64,000 bases of DNA, from assembly GCA_963816905.1 (NCBI GenBank), contig CAWFMQ010000003.1:48887-112886 (forward strand). Direction: 5' to 3'. Below are positions 61,805 through 64,000 of this stretch, piece by piece. The translations under genes and the position numbers were made by a program. The DNA is from an uncultured Chloroflexia bacterium. Lineage in GTDB: Bacteria > Chloroflexota > Limnocylindria > Limnocylindrales > CSP1-4. How positions within the stretch are numbered: the first letter of the stretch is position 1; each line of letters starts with the position of its first letter. The notes below the pieces were generated by a model that had not been told where the DNA came from, did not search any database, and was given only the letters and a program-made list of their open reading frames with translations.

Positions 61805-63058
61805 GCAGCAGCGCTGCCGGGCACCCGGCCGAGCCGCCGCCCGACCCCGCCCGACCTCAGGCGGTCTCATCGATTCCGCCACCAGCGGCCGAACCGTCGA
61901 ACGATGCCCCGCGGCCCTACGCGGTCTCATCCGTTGCGCCACCGGCTACCGAGTCACCATCCGACACCGCGCGGCCCCACGCCGTCTCATCGATTCCGCC
62001 ACCAGCGGCCGAACCGCTCGAACGATGCCCCGCGGCCCCACGCAGTCCCGTCGGTTCCGCCACCGGCTACCGAGCCACCATCCGACGCCACTCGACCTCA
62101 GGCAGCCACGGCCGGGCCACCGGGTCCGGTTCGCAGCCTGGAGATCCGGGGCGACGAGCTCTGGGCCGTCGCCGGCCGCAAGATCCTCGGATTCCACCTG
62201 GAACGCATGCTCCAGCGCGTGCCCGGGATCGTCGAGGGCGGCGGGGATTCAGAGGATGTGCACCAGATGCGCCTCTCCACCCGGCGGATGCGTGCCGCCT
62301 GGCGCGTCTTCGATGACAGCTACGATCCCGAGACCAGGAAGCGGTGCATCAATGACCTGCGCGCGATCGGCCGTGCGTTGGGTGCCGTGCGCGACCTCGA
62401 TGTCCGGCTCGAGATCTTGGCCGCCCACCGGCAGCGGCGATCGCGTCGCGGGCGCATCCGCCTGGAGCCGCTGGCGGCGGCGTGGCGCAGCGAGCGCGAA
62501 GCGCGACACGCGGAGCTCGCGGACCTGCTGCACGGCGCCCCGTTCGGGTCGTTCGTAGAGGAGTATCGCTGGCTGACGACTCCGGTATCGCTGGGGCTCG
62601 TGCCGGATGTGCCCTATACGCCGGCAAGCGTGCGACAGCGGGTCGCGTCCCGCATCTGGCAGGCCTACGAGGCGGTCTGGGCCTTCGACGGGCGGGTGGA
62701 TGGCGCCGACATCACCACGCTGCACGAGCTGCGCATCGCGGCAAAGCGGTTGCGGTACACGCTGGAATTCGCCCGCCTCCCGCTCGAGCCAGAGGCCGGT
62801 GCCCTGATCCGCCGGGTCGTGGCGCTCCAGGATCAACTGGGCGACGTACATGATCTCGACCTCGCCGCCCACCACGCCCGCGAATTCGTCGAGGCCCGAC
62901 CGGGGATGGAACGCGACGAGCGTCGTGCCGTCGGCGTCCTTGTCACCACCCTCGATCAACGCGTGGCCCGGTTGAGCGGGTCGCTCGGGCCGAGGTGGCG
63001 CGAGGTGTGTGGCGCCGGATTCCGGGGCCGCCTGGGACGCGGGCTCGGCAGGCTCTGA
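61801..63058 (+). pseudogene. CHAD-domain protein with repetitive Pro-rich N-terminus; single-base insertion at 62017
   Basis: ATG at 61801. DVHQMRLSTRRMRAAWRVF...LGAVRDLDV...LHELRIAAKRLRYTLEF lies in the frame of ORF 61904..63058. Confidence 0.8.
61861..62101. repeat. 2 x ~120-nt tandem repeat (4 x 21-aa units) in the CHAD N-terminus
   Basis: 61861-61980 versus 61981-62101. The second copy has gaaccgCtcgaacg where the first has gaaccgtcgaacg. Confidence 0.9.
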
Positions 63059-63652
63059 GCGACCGACCCCCGCGCCGGCCCGCACCGCGCGGAGGAGGTC
63101 GGGAGGTGTGAGATCGCCGCCCCATGCGGACTGTGGCCGGCGGCAGATCGCGGAAGGGGTCTGCCGGTGGCCTCGCCCACCCGGTGCAGGTAGCTCGAGC
63201 CTGCCGTCCGGCCAGGGCAGGCTGCAGCGGCCACGGCCGACCGGTTCCTGAATGCCATCGGGACGCCCGGCCTGGGGATATCGACGCGACCGTCCCGGCG
63301 TCCGTGGCGGCACAATGCGCAGCGGCCCATGCCGGCGGTGTCTCGGCCGCGATGGCAATGGGAGCATCACTGCCATTGTCTCGTCGGTGGTGGCGTGGTT
63401 CGCCAGGGGCCGCGGCGACCGCGTGACGAGCGTCTGCGACTACCGCGACGAGCGCGAGGCCGCGGTGGCCGGAACGCTCGCAGCAGCCCCATGAATGGCA
63501 CCCGATCACCAGGCGGGTTCCCAGCCTGGACGATTCGTCCTGCTCCCGCGGCGCCCGCCGGCCGCCGCCCGATCGGACCCGACGGTTCGCTCCGCCCCAC
63601 GACGGGGCGGATACACTGCCGGTGATCGTTCCGTACCCGGAGACCCGCCCAC

Positions 63653-63955
63653 ATGCTCATCCTCGGCTGGATCGTCATCGCCCTGGTGGCCGGCTTCATC
63701 GCCGACTTCCTGGTGGGCCGCAAGCGCAAGTACGAACGCTGGGAACTGTTCGTGGTGGGCATGATCGGGTCGTTCGTGGGCGGCTTCATCTTCAACATCA
63801 TCACCGGCGGCAGCTACGACCTGCACATCAGCGGCCTGCTCGGCTCGGTCATCGGCGCGATCATCGTGCTGCTGATCTACGGCCCGGTGCGCGACCAGCT
63901 GCGCAAGGGGGACGTGCCGGCAACGAAGTCAACGGTGCGACCGCGGCGCAAGTAA
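63653..63955 (+). CDS. GlsB/YeaQ/YmgE-family stress membrane protein
   Basis: MLILGWIVIALVAGFIADFLVG...GSFVGGFIFNII...LLGSVIGAIIVLLIY. Confidence 0.85.
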   Translation: MLILGWIVIALVAGFIADFLVGRKRKYERWELFVVGMIGSFVGGFIFNIITGGSYDLHISGLLGSVIGAIIVLLIYGPVRDQLRKGDVPATKSTVRPRRK

Positions 63956-64000
63956 CTCGTCCGCCAGCCGGCGGAAGCAGGCCGCCTGCGCTCATCTCAC

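Noticed and set aside
63315-63494. 59-codon ORF with a CxxC motif (MRSGPCRRCLGRDGNGSITAIVSSVVAWFARGRGDRVTSVCDYRDER...) in the 600-nt gap after CHAD2.
   Set aside because: The third-position GC bias is coding-like, but there is no convincing RBS and no recognisable family. Support is insufficient.

Overview
Very GC-rich bacterial chromosomal segment (about 70% by eye, not computed). Gene content looks Actinomycetota- or Chloroflexota-like: a SARP regulator, DUF6325, a Sap/GAP protein, many lipobox lipoproteins, and GGAGG ribosome-binding sites. No rRNA, tRNA, CRISPR array, transposase or reverse transcriptase was recognised. I can support about 60 protein-coding genes. Many long ORFs in the track are Arg/Pro/Gly-rich out-of-frame or antisense shadows and are not called. 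Recognisable content: a MoxR-DUF58-DUF4129 operon; an arcA-arcB-arcC arginine deiminase operon; two SulP/STAS permeases; a Cys-type arylsulfatase; a MacA/MacB-like efflux operon; three AI-2E transporters plus a fragment of a fourth; two CHAD-domain loci; an orphan atypical OmpR-type response regulator; three DUF1269-like stress-protein paralogues plus GlsB; an RTX/beta-helix exoprotein; three vapBC modules (one degenerate); and one hepT-mntA module. Three things stand out. (1) Two 264-nt direct copies of a hairpin-rich non-coding element bracket one DUF1269-like gene, and they show compensatory stem changes. (2) A 35-nt box, 33/35 identical, lies upstream of both CHAD loci. (3) Two toxin-antitoxin cassettes are flanked by direct repeats. 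Frameshifts are also very unevenly distributed: some genes need 4 to 14 frame changes to read through, while neighbouring genes of up to 2.3 kb are intact. From sequence alone I cannot tell real pseudogenes from assembly indels. All homology statements come from reading the translations by eye; no database search was run.
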